Shown here piece after piece: positions 11,843-25,073 of a DNA stretch of 64,000 nt (positions are counted from its first letter, which is position 1; the number at the start of each line of letters is the position of its first letter). Where the stretch lies: NCBI GenBank assembly GCA_040954595.2, contig CM082581.2, positions 8,417,413-8,481,412 of the forward strand, written 5' to 3'. The position numbers were made by a program, and so were the translations under genes. The stretch is from Balanoglossus misakiensis (Eukaryota > Animalia > Hemichordata). The notes below the pieces were generated by a model. The model had not been told where the DNA came from. It made no database searches and saw nothing but the letters and a program-made list of their open reading frames with translations.

Positions 11843-13595
11843 ATGGTTCACCATAACATTTCGGCCGAGTTCTTATTCAGTATAGGGTATTGGCTAGTGG
11901 CGTTATGCTTCGCCCTGCCCCCTCAAGAATTCCAGTCTGCGGGGCTAACAGTCCAAAACCTGCTGTCACATTGGCTGGGTAGTGAAGAGATGCATTTCGT
12001 TTATTATCACATGAAGAGGACAGCAGCCACAGTTGTCTTCCATTGCCTTATACCTCTTGGTAAGTTTATTGCTTTTGTTCATGAATGACTGCTTGATTGG
12101 AAAATAACTGGGTTGTCCATGCATGCACAAATGAAAATCTGTGATTGGCTAGATCTCAGCTGTCACTGTCGCTATATTTGCATAGATGAAACTCCTATGG
12201 GTGATGATGGTGATCCAAGAAAACCATTCCAAATGAGAGTTATGACAGTTAACAAATCCTAAAGTTGTTCTACATGCAGTTTGTATTAAATACTGTATAT
12301 AGAAATTAATGACGGATAATCGTTCAACGTTGCATTTATCTGCAACATCACATTGATTTTATTTACTCCTTGTTTCTAGGGTACTACATTGGTCTGGCAA
12401 TTGTCATACCGGAATGGGATCTGTGGAATATCTTGGAAGTTCGTCTACTCTGGCAGGCGTACTTTTGCTTTTCAGCTGTTCTTGCCCTGGGCGGCTGTGC
12501 CCTGGCGTTCTACTGGTCGAGAAAGAAGTGGAACAATCACCCAATCGCGGTCAAGCTTGGTTACCATGGCGACTCCTGGAGAGCCGTGGCATCCTCTATC
12601 AACATTGAGTTCCGGAGAATCGATAAATTTGCAACTGGTCCGAGGGGGCAGAGAGTAATAGTGACAGATTCCTGGGTGATCAAGACGGCGGCGTACACTC
12701 TGTACATTGCTCACCAGGGGGACGTACACCTGACGTTGGAAGGGAGTCAGGAGCACGATATATACTATGAGAGCAACACTGCCGTGCAGTTTCTGAACAT
12801 CAGAGTGGACAGTGTCAACCCACATGTAATCCCCTTCAAAGTCAGGTCAGAACATAATCCATAGTATTGTTATCTTTGAATTTTGCCTGGTGTTCAGGTT
12901 GCATGTCGAGTCTGGTGCCAATACATGATGCTGTCTATGAATATGGTATGCACACATGATAAAAAAGAGAAAGGTGATTACACTTTTGGTTCCCTGTTTT
13001 TCTTTTCAGGTTGAATTCCACTGACTACAGTGACTTGAAGGACAAGTTGTCGGCACCGATCAGAAATGTGCGGAACATTCTCATTCATCAGTCGCTCACC
13101 GATAAATTCCTGGACACCTTCCGGGATCAGGTTAATCTGAATCCAACGTTTCACCTGCAAGCAGACTCAGCAGTAAGCATCTTGACTATTAATCTCTCTA
13201 TATTTTGAAATAATGGAGTCATACATGGATGTTCTCTATAGTCTGATATGCATAGAGGTAAAGTTGACACTTACAGTATTTTAAAGGTCCTGCTCCCACA
13301 GTCTCACAGTGCCCTAACAAACTCTCATTCTGTCATTTTACAGGACTTAGACCCATGCATCGGTTGCATGCAGATCACGTCCAACATCAAGCTGCAGAAG
13401 CTGTGCGACGACCCGGACAGAGGCGACTGCGTGCAGTGCTACTGCAGACCCATGTGGTGCCTGGAGTGTATGAGCAAGTGGTTCGCGAGCCGGCAGAACC
13501 AGAACGAGCCTCAGACGTGGCTGTCCAGCAAGTCGCCGTGTCCCACCTGTAGGGCCAAATTCTGTATACTTGATGTGTGCCGCGTGCAGAGGTGA
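11843..13595 (+). CDS. TMEM129: TMEM129, ERAD E3 ubiquitin ligase (4 exons)
   Basis: Exons about 11843-12059, 12380-12845, 13010-13172, 13344-13595; motifs PPQEFQSAGLTVQNL, LGSEEMHFVYYHMKRT, SINIEFRRIDKF, C4C4 RING CIGC...CVQCYCRPMWCLECMSKWFASRQ...CPTCRAKFC. Confidence 0.97.
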
Positions 13596-14943
13596 CGGGC
13601 CGGATTGTTCGAAGTTTGAAATTACTTGGACTACTGCACTTCTTCAAACATTCATCATTTCCTGTGTCGTATGAATAATCTGCAAGTAACATTGTGCATT
13701 ACAGGCAAGATAGTACTGCCTGAAAACGCTGAGATGAGAGAAATCAAGCTGTGTGAAAGCTTCCATTTCAAATGCAACCGTGGCATAAAATGTCTTGTAA
13801 TTTTATCCCCCATCTAAAGAGATGGGTTTTTGCTTTAATAAAAACTAACAAAATCCTTCTCATTGAGAGTTATTGGTGTCTTTTTTCAATGAAGATCTTA
13901 CTTATTCGAGAAAAATTAGTCCCTGAACCAACGAGTGACTTCAATATAGTAATATTCAACCAAAACTATGCAGCTTTTTTCTCTTTATTTGCATAGGTTC
14001 ACATAATGGGTAAAAACAAAGCAAACGTTGATGTCAATAAAATGGACACAGCACAATTTTGACAGTGAATGGTTGCATGGATGTCTCCCAACTTTGTCCT
14101 CTGTCCAATCAATATATGTACACTATACAAAAAAATAAATCAAGCTCTTTTCATTCATTCATGCTATTCTCTCTTCGATTAAAATTAGATTGGACAGAGG
14201 GCAATACACTGATCAGGGATAAATAATTTGAAAAAAAAGCAACACAAAATTTTGTTATTCCTGTATAATACTGATAAATCTAAATTCAAGCATACACATT
14301 GGCAAATATGGGGACTGGCAGAAGTTTCTTGGTTGTGGAGAAGTTGAGTTTCTAGCGCATTTTCGACCTTCCTTATAATTCTTTGCATCTAATTACTGTG
14401 CATAAACTGTCTGCAAAATTTGCAGAAATTGTCAAAAATTTATTCGACCTAAAAATCAAGCCCGAACAATTTCTGCCCAGTTATTCAACTGTATCTCCCA
14501 ACAGTGAAAATATCAGTTGACTAAAATGTCAATAGCCAGTAATCTTCCTGTGGAAGCAAGTTGATATCTGTTTAACCTGTGAGACTCTGTTTTCCTCCTA
14601 CATGTACATAAGCTCAGGCTGGCAAACACTTCATTGACTGCTAAACTTTTTCCTTCCTTGAACTCCCCCCACTACCCAGCAAACTTCACAGTAAAATCAT
14701 CTTGGACTTAATAGACTGAAAAGCATTCATTTGTACAAACATTCTGTTTGAAATTTCTCATACACATCATTGCTATGATTACAATTCCTTATGATGAAGC
14801 CATTTTTTATTATTATAAAATAACATTTTGCACCACAGCAGTAGTAAATAGAAGCCCATATACCTGTTAGAACTTACACCCTGTTTTTGATTTCAGATTA
14901 AAATTGCTATTAGTGGTTCTGTCTCTATTGCTTATTGCTATCT

Positions 14944-17207
14944 TCAAAGTCCTTTGTTGAAATACACTCTCTTTATGTTTGGGTTGATTTTCCTGATGTT
15001 TTCCTGTAGTTCTGGTTCCAGTGAGCTGACAGCCATTGAACTGCAATGAAAAGAAAAACAATTAAAAGTTCAGATTAGTGAAAAAGATAAGATGTAATCA
15101 GAGATCAGTTGAAATTGAGCTTTGTATCCCAGAGTGACTGTGCCCAAAGTCGACCCAACATGCATAAGTACACTTGCTAAATTAAAAGCCAGCATTGCTG
15201 GTGATCTCTGATGATCTGACTGCTCACCTTTTCTGTGGGAAGATTGCACAGCACATTGGAGTCGCAAATACAAGACTGAAACAAATGAGAACATTCACAA
15301 ATAAGTACAAAGACTATTTGAAATACTCTAACACTCTGAATTAGGCCCAAGATATGTTGGTGGAATTACAATTTTTTTTGTAAAACTGACCAGATTTTGT
15401 AATTAATTTTCAAGACAAAAAATTTAAATTTGAAAAACCATTCCTTCACTTACCATAAGCCTACCAATCCTACTTGTATAGGGGCATTGAGATAGGGGGC
15501 CTTTTTGAGGAAGGACTTTTTCTCGAGGACATTCATTATAAACGGAGGAATCACTGCAAGAGAGAAACAATGTTGCCATTAATGTCAATTTTCAGGTATA
15601 TCTAGTATAGGACGCACTCACTCTGCAACATAGTACATGTAGAACCATTTCGATAAAAAATCATCTTTCAAAGAAAAACATTCAGGACATGCAAATTAAG
15701 AGGTCAACACTCACTCATGCCCGGTGCGGCCATGCTGACCCGAGACAGTACCACCATGGCGATGGCTTTCTTGGCTGCCTTTTTCGACTCTCCTAATTTG
15801 TTGCCGTCTTCATCAACCACCGTGACCCCGTGCTCTATTTCCCTCATTCGCATCATCGGTATATTGATGCAGTTGGCCGATGCCACGGCAGCAAACGGCA
15901 CAAATCGACCAATCAGTGGAGGGGCTTTCTGAATGTAAAGATTTAAATTAACAGAACAGGTTTGATCAACTTTGCTGCTATGTTTGAAATTTCAAATGAA
16001 GTACTCCTGCCATAATCAGAAAAGGTCTTATGTTTGAGTCAAAGGAATACTTACTGATACTAAGCTGTTGAGTCCCAGTGCTGTGATAAGAGCACCACCA
16101 GTGGCGAGGACGTAGGATTTGCCCAGTTGGCTGAAATATCAAGGGAATAGAGTATGTTGAGAAGTATACCTGCAATCAGTTCCATGCTTTGATTTAAATG
16201 TCAATATAATTAATTGTCAGTACAACCATCAAAGTAAAAATCAGAAGTCAATCACCGCTGTCAGAGATGTGACCTGTGATTGGCCAATACCTCAAAGATG
16301 CTGAGAGAGGATTGGATAATGATTGGTTGAAATTCCCACTCACTTGACAGGTATCGGATGTTCTCCACTCCTATTGGTGTAGTTGACAATGGCATTGAAA
16401 GACTGGTTTATCCACTGCCAGAATATAACTGTTGGTGTTGCTCTGTGAAAAAAAAGAAGAAAATACTGTTGGTGATAACATTCAACATGCTGGATCGAAG
16501 TATCAGAGATTGTTAGGGTAAAATAAGCACGTCTCAAATCAAGAGGCATCACCAAAATCGTGCAGATAAGGGTGCCATCTGAATTTATGCACTGTGATAC
16601 TAACAAACATATTAATAGAGAAAATTTACTTACTTGTACCACGTCATCATACATCCAGTAATGGTCATGTTCATTGGCACCTGAGCTGACATTCTTCCAA
16701 TCAGAACCATCTTTTCATTGGTGTCAGGATGAAACGCAGAGTCGTAGCGATACTTGGCTCTCCATAATTCGTCTTCTGTTACACTGGCTGGCAAAGTACC
16801 TTCCCTGGAGACACACACACAAATCATGCACAATAAAAATATGATCAAAACTCTCTTTATGAGAAACTAATTCCTTCACCCAAGTAGGCGAGCACATAAA
16901 GAAAATTGTAGTTTATTGCAAACTTTTATAGACCAGAAAACAGTCAGGTGGTGTTAACTGCAATAATTCTATCATCGTGAAATAAAACCGCAGACACAGA
17001 AAAGATATCGCAATTGAATTACTTGTATCCTGTGACGATTCTCTTGGCTTCTTCCAGCTGACTGCTGCTTAGCAACACATTGAGGGGGTTGGTGACGGTG
17101 AAGAAATGTTTGGCCCTGCCCACGTAGGTGCCTTGATCCCACCTGGGCTCATTCAGGTTCACGCTGAGCTGGGAAGGGACAAAGTCTGCCATTTCTTGTT
17201 GCTGCAC
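14944..17207 (-). CDS. SFXN1: Sideroflexin (SFXN1/SFXN3-type mitochondrial serine transporter)
   Basis: Motifs [72 protein letters not shown], terminal VYFNKGL*; 8 coding exons; start at 17207 or 17192; probable non-coding first exon with donor near 19650. Confidence 0.95.
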
Positions 17208-17400
17208 CTCAGCTGTGGCGTGTTATCTGCAGATGTGAACAGGGAGAAAATATAACTATGGAGTTATTACACCAAAAATAGAGAGCCTATATGTTGTACA
17301 GTTATCATCTGTGGATTGCAGTGAGGTCCGTAACAGATGGTTGTCACTCACTGTTTCATCCAGGACACTACGCAAAAGTAATATTACGCTCACAACAATT

Positions 17401-17492
17401 TCAACCCATTCACCCCATTTCCCTGAACACAGGTCCAACTTCACCATAGAAAACAATGGGTTTGGACCCAACCATGGTGGTGAAAGGGTCAT
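17401..17492 (+). mobile_element. ~90 bp MITE-like repeat, best-preserved copy (SFXN intron)
   Basis: Imperfect terminal inverted repeats AACCCATTCACC...GGTGAAAGGGT flanking the shared core. Confidence 0.8.
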
Positions 17493-20019
17493 GGTAATGT
17501 AGGAGGGATGTTAAAATACAAAAATAGTAATAATGATCTCAGTACAAAATATCCACATCCTGGTAAAGCAATTTCTTTCAATACCTACAGCTTTTTTTTT
17601 CTACTCTCAGTATTCCTAGTTTTTAAATCTATTTATAAACCTGAAATGTACACGAATAGACTCAGTAAGCAACATGTAGTAAACTCAGTAAGCGGCTTTT
17701 CAAAAATTTCAATTTTAATGACTCGGAAAACCGAACAGAAAATCAATCAAAAGTCAAAAGATCCATTATGAAGTACGTTTCTCCTTTTACATCTCCATGG
17801 TAACTAATGACGTTCAGACTCTGAGAGATGTTTCATTTTGACCTGGTTTCAGGATTACTGTTTTTCATTCTCTGGAATCCAATATTGTACTTTGTAGAAA
17901 TGTATGTTGATAGGGCGATAGATTACATTCAACATAATAAAACCATTTCCATATATGCAAGCCTAGACTCAGTCTGTGGCAACAACAATGCATAGAAGAA
18001 GGAACATAAATAATTGGCCACTTTCCTGACCTCTGCATGACCTTCCTATACTTCCTAGCATTTCCTTTGGTGTGCAAGGTCATCCAGGATCATGAGAGTT
18101 GTCAATTGTTTTTTCCCCACTGCATTCACTTTGTACTTTTTACCATTCCTAATAATCTACTTACAGAACAGGGCAATGGAGGGACTGCAGAGTAATAAAT
18201 CCAATTTACACCTGAATGAGGACAGAAAATTTGTGTCTAAATGACATCCTTTATAGCATTTTCAATCAAGTCAGGACTTGTCTGTTCCCATCATTGAAAT
18301 TCCCCAGGGCTTTTGAAGTCATGGATTAGTTTTTCTGAGAGATTCAATTCAATCAGCAAGCAGTGTGACCTAAGACGACAAGAAAATCCACTGCAGTATC
18401 ATCATCTTCTTTGTGGACACAGCAGTTAACATAGATTTAACCGCAGATTATGTGCTGTGTTATATATAGTGCTATTTTAAGACTTTAAACTTCAAAGCAG
18501 TCCACAATGTCCGATTTTTAATGGAATTTCTTCAAATTACAAATTACATGTTAGTAATCCTGTATTTCAAAATGTATATGTACTTGTGTATTTTCAATCA
18601 GACATTTAGCCTTTTCTGATGCAATCACCCTTTTGGTTAATTGTGTATCTTGCCTTGCAAGAAAATTCCTTGCTATGAATTTCTTCATTCACCTACAAAA
18701 TTCTTTTACACTTTACAGGATTTTTACATTCACTCACGCTTATTCACAACCTGCATCTGTGATAGTGACAAAGCATTTTTACATACAATCACTAAGAGTC
18801 AGTGTTTACTTATATCAACTGATAAACGGGCAATGAATGCATGGAGTACATGTCTGATATCAGTTTTGTTTTTTCCACTGTCAAATTAAGGACAATTAAA
18901 ATGGTTGCATTCTAACACTACAGTACTGAAAGTGTAATGTTGTAAATGTACATTGCATTATACATGTATTATGTATAACTTCAGTATACAGATAACACAC
19001 ACACCAGAATGAGATCGCATGCTCCTATGTGTACACGGATGCAACCCCTGACCTTTCCCTCACCTTTTGGGTTCTTATCTCTCACACTTAACTAGATCAC
19101 AAAATCCATTAATCTCACATGACAATCAAAATGGAACTAGCAGACACACTGCAATATGCTGGCAGTACTATTAGATTACTTTTGTTTCCATCAATACCAC
19201 CATTCTGATATAGCTTACCAATTCACATAACAATTAATTTGTTATGTTAATGAATTTCTATTATTATTTTTTTCAAAATGGAAGAGTATGCCCCCTCTCC
19301 TCCTCCCCAGCATGGCATGATTTACATTATTATAATTTGTATGTCATTATGCGGCATATGCTATGGGATAGTTGTGTGTCCCCTCCAACTAGAGCTAACA
19401 GCCGCACTTCATATTGCATTTCACTAGAGTACGCAGACAGTGGCATAAAGCTAGGCGGAGAAATTCATAAAGTCAGCAAGTATGTTTGAGACCGATAGCA
19501 AAGCACTAAACCTGTAATATTTGCTAAGTATTGATCGCGACTATCTGCTTCTGTGGAAGTGCAAGTAAGACAGCGTTCAATATTTAGCAAAGACAGAGTT
19601 CTTTGACGGATCAGAGATCCGCAACAACGTCTAATTCACACCTGCTTACCTGAAAGGTGGCTCTAAAGGATTACTTGTGAGCCGGTGGTAATCCAGTCCG
19701 CCTCCCAAGTTCACGTTGCAATGGAGTCAGTGTAGTGTAGGACAGAAACCCACAACAAGCGAACGCAGTGGATGCCCTTGATTTCGGACTCGTATTGCAA
19801 GTTCAGATACTACAATAAATCCATATATGAAAGTGGACTCTATGTCGATTAGGAGTGAAATTTAGGAGCACGATTTCGACAACCTTGTACATGTATTTAT
19901 GTATTTTAGCCCTATATTTGCCTTTATATCTATGCATTACTCCTACGCAGGTTATATTACTTCAATAATTAGCTTTGAATGTGAATCCGAATTTTGCCCA
20001 AAAACGCCATACTTTTGAA

Positions 20020-21133
20020 ATGGCTGACGTACACATAAAACCAGAGACAACAGTTCGTGCTCGGAAGCGAATACTCGCCGAACACTTTCTTCAAATCTAC
20101 GGGAAAGGTATGGTCATGTGACAAGAAAGATTCGATGAAAGTTTATGCCAAAATACACAGCTGAACTGCTTCTGCCTAACACGCTTTCGCCGCTTGGCCA
20201 TTGACACATCGCACAGGGTTTCCGGGTGTTGTTTTCACTTGTTTGCTCATTTCTGTTGTTACATGTACATGATAACAGGAAAACTTGCGATCTCAACCAG
20301 TATATGTGTGTCCAGTTCAGAAAGATTTGCCTTGGACGCCAGACGAGTAATTCAGTCTCCAAACAAAAGCATTACGTTATTAAGATATATTTTCTTTAAC
20401 ACAACAGACCTGAAAGATTTTGACAAAGAAGGCCTGGAACAATTGAAGAAGGTTGAAGCCAGCCAGAAATGGACTCCGTACACGTTGTCCAATGCAATGT
20501 GGATGGTGGCATCCATTGCAGTGTTTTATTACACAGATTTTGCGATAGCCATCAAAGTTGACCCAAGAATAGACAGGTATAGTCACTTCTCATTTTTACT
20601 TGTCCACAATTCAATTCTGTGTTTACTATGCTAAGTAAGCTGTTTTCAGATGGAATGCCTATAACACTACATCCCATTTTCTATTTTTCAGGTTTTGGTT
20701 CAACATTGGTGTCGCGCTAGTTTCTCTGAACATACTCATAGGATTTTATTTTGTAGTCATCTGCAGTTGGATCCGAAAAGTCCCAACGAATGATTGGGAG
20801 AGACATTTACCGGGTGCTATTCCAATAGCCACGGCAGCATTTGTTGCCGGAGCCATTTGGTGAGTTATTTTCTCCCGTACAGCTTCACTGACTTACTACA
20901 ATAAGACAAGCACTTAGTCTAGCTGAAGACTTGACCATTTGAATACTCTGGAAAGGGCAACCACCAGAACAATACCAACTTCTTATTATTCCTGTTTAAC
21001 TTTATGTTTTTTTTCTACGTATTGCAGTTTGAACGTTGGACTCTGGCCAGTGTGGAAAATCCTGACGCCATTTATCCTCTTCACGTTGTTCATGGGGGTC
21101 GTCGTTCTTATAAGTCTTTTGCCAAACTTTTGA
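20020..21133 (+). CDS. TMEM128: TMEM128-like membrane protein (4 exons)
   Basis: Exons about 20020-20107, 20409-20576, 20692-20859, 21028-21133; WMVASIAVFYYTDF, PGAIPIATAAFVAGAI, NVGLWPVWKILTPFILFTLFMGVV match the recalled TMEM128 pattern. Confidence 0.9.
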
Positions 21134-21574
21134 CGGAGTTGCAACCAATGTTTATAATTTTGGACAGCGCCACCAGTGGCCAGGTTTCCCTCTTGTTCAC
21201 CACCAGTACAGTTTGATACAGAACTATGGTGAATTAATACTTAATTTCCAAGTTTTTATTTTCTGTCTTTAATTTGAAGAGCACAGCACGATTTCAAATT
21301 CCAGAGAAATGAACATGTGAATACTTATATGTATATACAATTGGACATTTTTATAATATTCATACCTCACAATTTTGTGCTATTTATTTCCCTGAGAAAA
21401 TATTCGTAATTATTTTTTTTCCAATATTGCTGACTTCTGAATAAAAACTTCCTCAATATAAAGTTTTCTGTATCAATCACAATTTGAACATAAAGTTTTC
21501 GCTCTGTGTGTCCTAGTAACTTTATATTGGTTAACGTTGAATTGGCTTCATTATTGTATCTTTTTAACAACATC

Positions 21575-24057
21575 TCATTCTTCTGCCGTTATCACGTGGG
21601 GGTCTGATGGACGATGGGTTAAGGATAAAGGCGCATTGTCTCCCAGGATGCACTGTTCCCAGTCGGGCCAGAAACGTTCTTTCATCGTGTAGCAGTAGTT
21701 CTCAAGATTCTTCAATTCACCTGCCGAAGGAGTCAGAAAAGGTTTAATTCAGTGACCGTGCTTGAACATGAATTTACGATTTGTCCAATTTGCATATATT
21801 ATACATGACTTGCTTTTGGTTCTCTGTACGCTAGAGATGGCGTACCTTTGATTAATTTCTGCTGTGGTGAGCCCGGATATTGACACCACAATAGTTGGGC
21901 CAACTGACCGAATATAGCACAGTCTGCCTCGCAGGGTTCGTCGCCATGCAAGAACTTCTTGTCACCTGTTCGAAACAAAGAAAAGAACTCATCCATAATC
22001 ATAGAATCGGTGACATATACTCGGCCATTGGCCATTTGCACCTTGTCGGAAGAATGTCTGGTTGAATCGTACGTTATCAGACGAGTGGGTCAGAGTGCAT
22101 TGGGTTGAATCTGGCTCTTACCCAGGAACTCAGAAATAGCTCTAAGGTCTTTCTCCATGATTGAGTAGATTTCCTCCTTTGAGTGACGTCCGATTCCGTG
22201 GCTATACAGCATACCTTTCATTTTTCTTTGGTGGTAGTAGGTCACATACTTTTTGAAAATGTACGAACCCTGGATGCTGGTGTAAGCGAGTGTTGGGTTA
22301 CCCTGGTCGAGAAATAACCAGTATGTATGCCCCCTGTAAGAAAATTACATGTACAATGTGGTACTAAGTTTATGTACTGCTCGACTATTCTTTCACGGAT
22401 ATGTGATTATCATGATTCATAAGGTGCTTTTACTAGGTAGGTCAACGTCTCCATAGACTGACACTGTGTGATATAGTACGTAATGTGTTGATTGTGTAAT
22501 ACTGCAGACGCCGGCCCGCGGTTTGTGTCAAGACGATGTTAACAACAAAACACTGTGTTTTAACGTGGACTGAAGAACTGGGCCATGGAACTGTAATTTA
22601 TGCTTTAGGTACAATCTGCAGTTCGAGTTTAAATGCAAGTGGTACTCTATACAGGTGTGAGATACACACTGCATATTACCGATGCTGTTGAACTCGGCGT
22701 CAGTTTCCACAGACTGAGCAATTGAATCAGAAGAAGTGGATGTATAAAAAAAAAGGAAACACTTCAAACAGTACCAGTAAGTGTTCTCATCCACCATCTT
22801 CTGGAACGCTCTAGAAATGCCTCTCTCGGCTGGACTCAGATGCTTATTCAGGTCAACCTGGAACTTCTCGTTCAGGAACTCTATAATGAGACTGGTATCC
22901 CCGATTCGCTGGCCATTATATTCGATCCATGGCATCTTCTTCTTCGGAGAGTTTTTGAAATGCTTAGGAAATACAACCTGAAAGCGCAGGGTTTACAGGG
23001 AATATTGCGTTGTTTAGAATGACGTTCTTGAATTAAAATCATCTATAGTTATTTACTTATTGATTTTATTTAGGTACATGTAAGTTCCGTGCGTTCGAGT
23101 ATGATACCGACAGTCATACCTACATATGCGTCATCTTCCGAGCATAATTTGAAGTTTCTTGTACTTGTGGTGAGTTCTGATAACATTTTCAAATTTTCTA
23201 TGTACCTTGTACGGAATCTTTGCCAATTTAAAGTAGGTCTCAAGTTTCAGGGGAAATGGTGATATCCAATGTGGCAACTGGGTGCCTCGACGAAAGGCAA
23301 TCATGATCACAGTATCTCTTGGATATTTCGCCCGACTCTGCGACCTGTCAAGAGAATCAGAACGGGTGACTTTTCTCAGCAATGTTTTGATGAGGTAGAC
23401 ATATTGTCTGGTTCTCTCTCAAAGGTGGGGGTGGGTACTTGCAAACGGATTAAACTTTGCGACTTGTGACTCCTAAGTAACCTTACGTCCGTCAACGCTG
23501 CACACAGCATTCACTAAAGTCAACCCAAAATGGTAATGCCCACAAAATGACATGCATGGTGTAAAGGTCACATAGAGGTCATAATAGTGGTCTACAGTAT
23601 AAGAGTGCGTCGCGCCGGCCCAAAGTTTTATCGGTCAAGTATTCTGTCATGGGTATGAATTCATACACTTCAATAGCAATCAACAATGTCGTAAATCTAA
23701 TAAATAAAATGTAAGAATCACCTGGAAAGTGAGAAAATCCTCTTAAAAGTCAATAAAGGAGGCAATTTCAACATGGAAATCAACAGTTTATGGAAAAAGA
23801 CCTGAAATTCGCTTACATATCCATTAAAACGTAATATGGACAATTAAGTACAATGACCCTGACCGCCATATTCTGGGTTAGTTGTGGACACTGTTAACTG
23901 GGGCCGAAAGGCTTGTTCTAAAGCTTGGCTTACCGTTCTACACTCACCTGTTCCATCGTCGATATACAGTGTACACCACGATTGGAAGGACCACTCCTCC
24001 AACGGCAACCACTACGCTCAGCTCAGCCTTACTGAATATTTCCAGGAGACTCGCCAT
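21575..24057 (-). CDS. FAXC: FAXC-like protein (failed axon connections; GST/metaxin-like), copy 1
   Basis: N-terminal TM exon 24057-23948, then ISPFPLKLETYFKLAKIPY, KMPWIEYNG..IGDT, AFQKMVDEN, GIGRHSKEE, FLHGDEPCEADCAIFGQLA, TMKERFWPDW; stop 21577-21575. Confidence 0.92.
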
Positions 24058-25073
24058 AACCCGGGTGTTTCCAGATCAACGCCTTCAAATATATCAAGGG
24101 TCTTGGCGGGGGTGGTGCCCTCTGGTGGTAAATTCACTTCAGATTGACATACAACGATGATTTACTGGTACGTGGTACATGTATGTGGCTTTTTGACTTC
24201 ACACACGGATGGGTGAAAAAGAGAACAAGGCCGAGATAACGATTTCAGTTAACTCCTTTTTGGACGGATATTAACGTCGTCGTGATTTGGCATGTCTGTG
24301 TCGTTCGAGTTGCAAACGCCCATGCTGATAATTGGATGCCAAACTGGACAACATTAGTGCGACTTTCTTTCCACTGGCCATTTTCAAACATACGACATGC
24401 ATGACCCTTCAACCTACAACCTGGGCACACTATCACGACAAGCAACAGCTACAGATTTACCAGAAGGACGGAAGAGTCAATTTTACTGATTTGTGGCGTG
24501 TGCTGGCTTGCGAGAATGCACTGGTGCTATTTTCTGCCATATTTAAAGGGATACCGTCGAGACGTTTGCGACCATTTTCTTGTTGGCGCATGTGCCCGTG
24601 TCATCGACCTTGGTTGGAAATGGGTCAGAGCCAAAGGTTGCTATAATGGTGTCATGCGTCTCAATGAGAATCGCCCACTCCACGTGTTGGGTACGGTATC
24701 GAAATCGGGTGATACAGTATTCACCCAAACTAAACACTGGACTTTGCTTTCCAATCCAGACAGCAGGAGATTCCTTGTGCGAATTTACTTCTCCTAGCAA
24801 AAATTATTTTGAATTTAATATCGAGTGGACTAATGTTCGTTTTCTATAAATGTTTCATTCAGAGAATCGTATCATAAAAAAATAAAATACAGTATGTGGA
24901 ATGTTTCGCTCTTGTAATAATACATTATCGGCCCAATAGCAGCCCTATATCTTGTATTGTTAGTACTTGTTTTCTAAAATGTGTATATTATTCAATCATA
25001 TATCAGGTTTAAATTCCAGTGATGATTGTTACAGCGATCTGAAACTGGCCTAGGTTGCGTTATCACATCGTCT

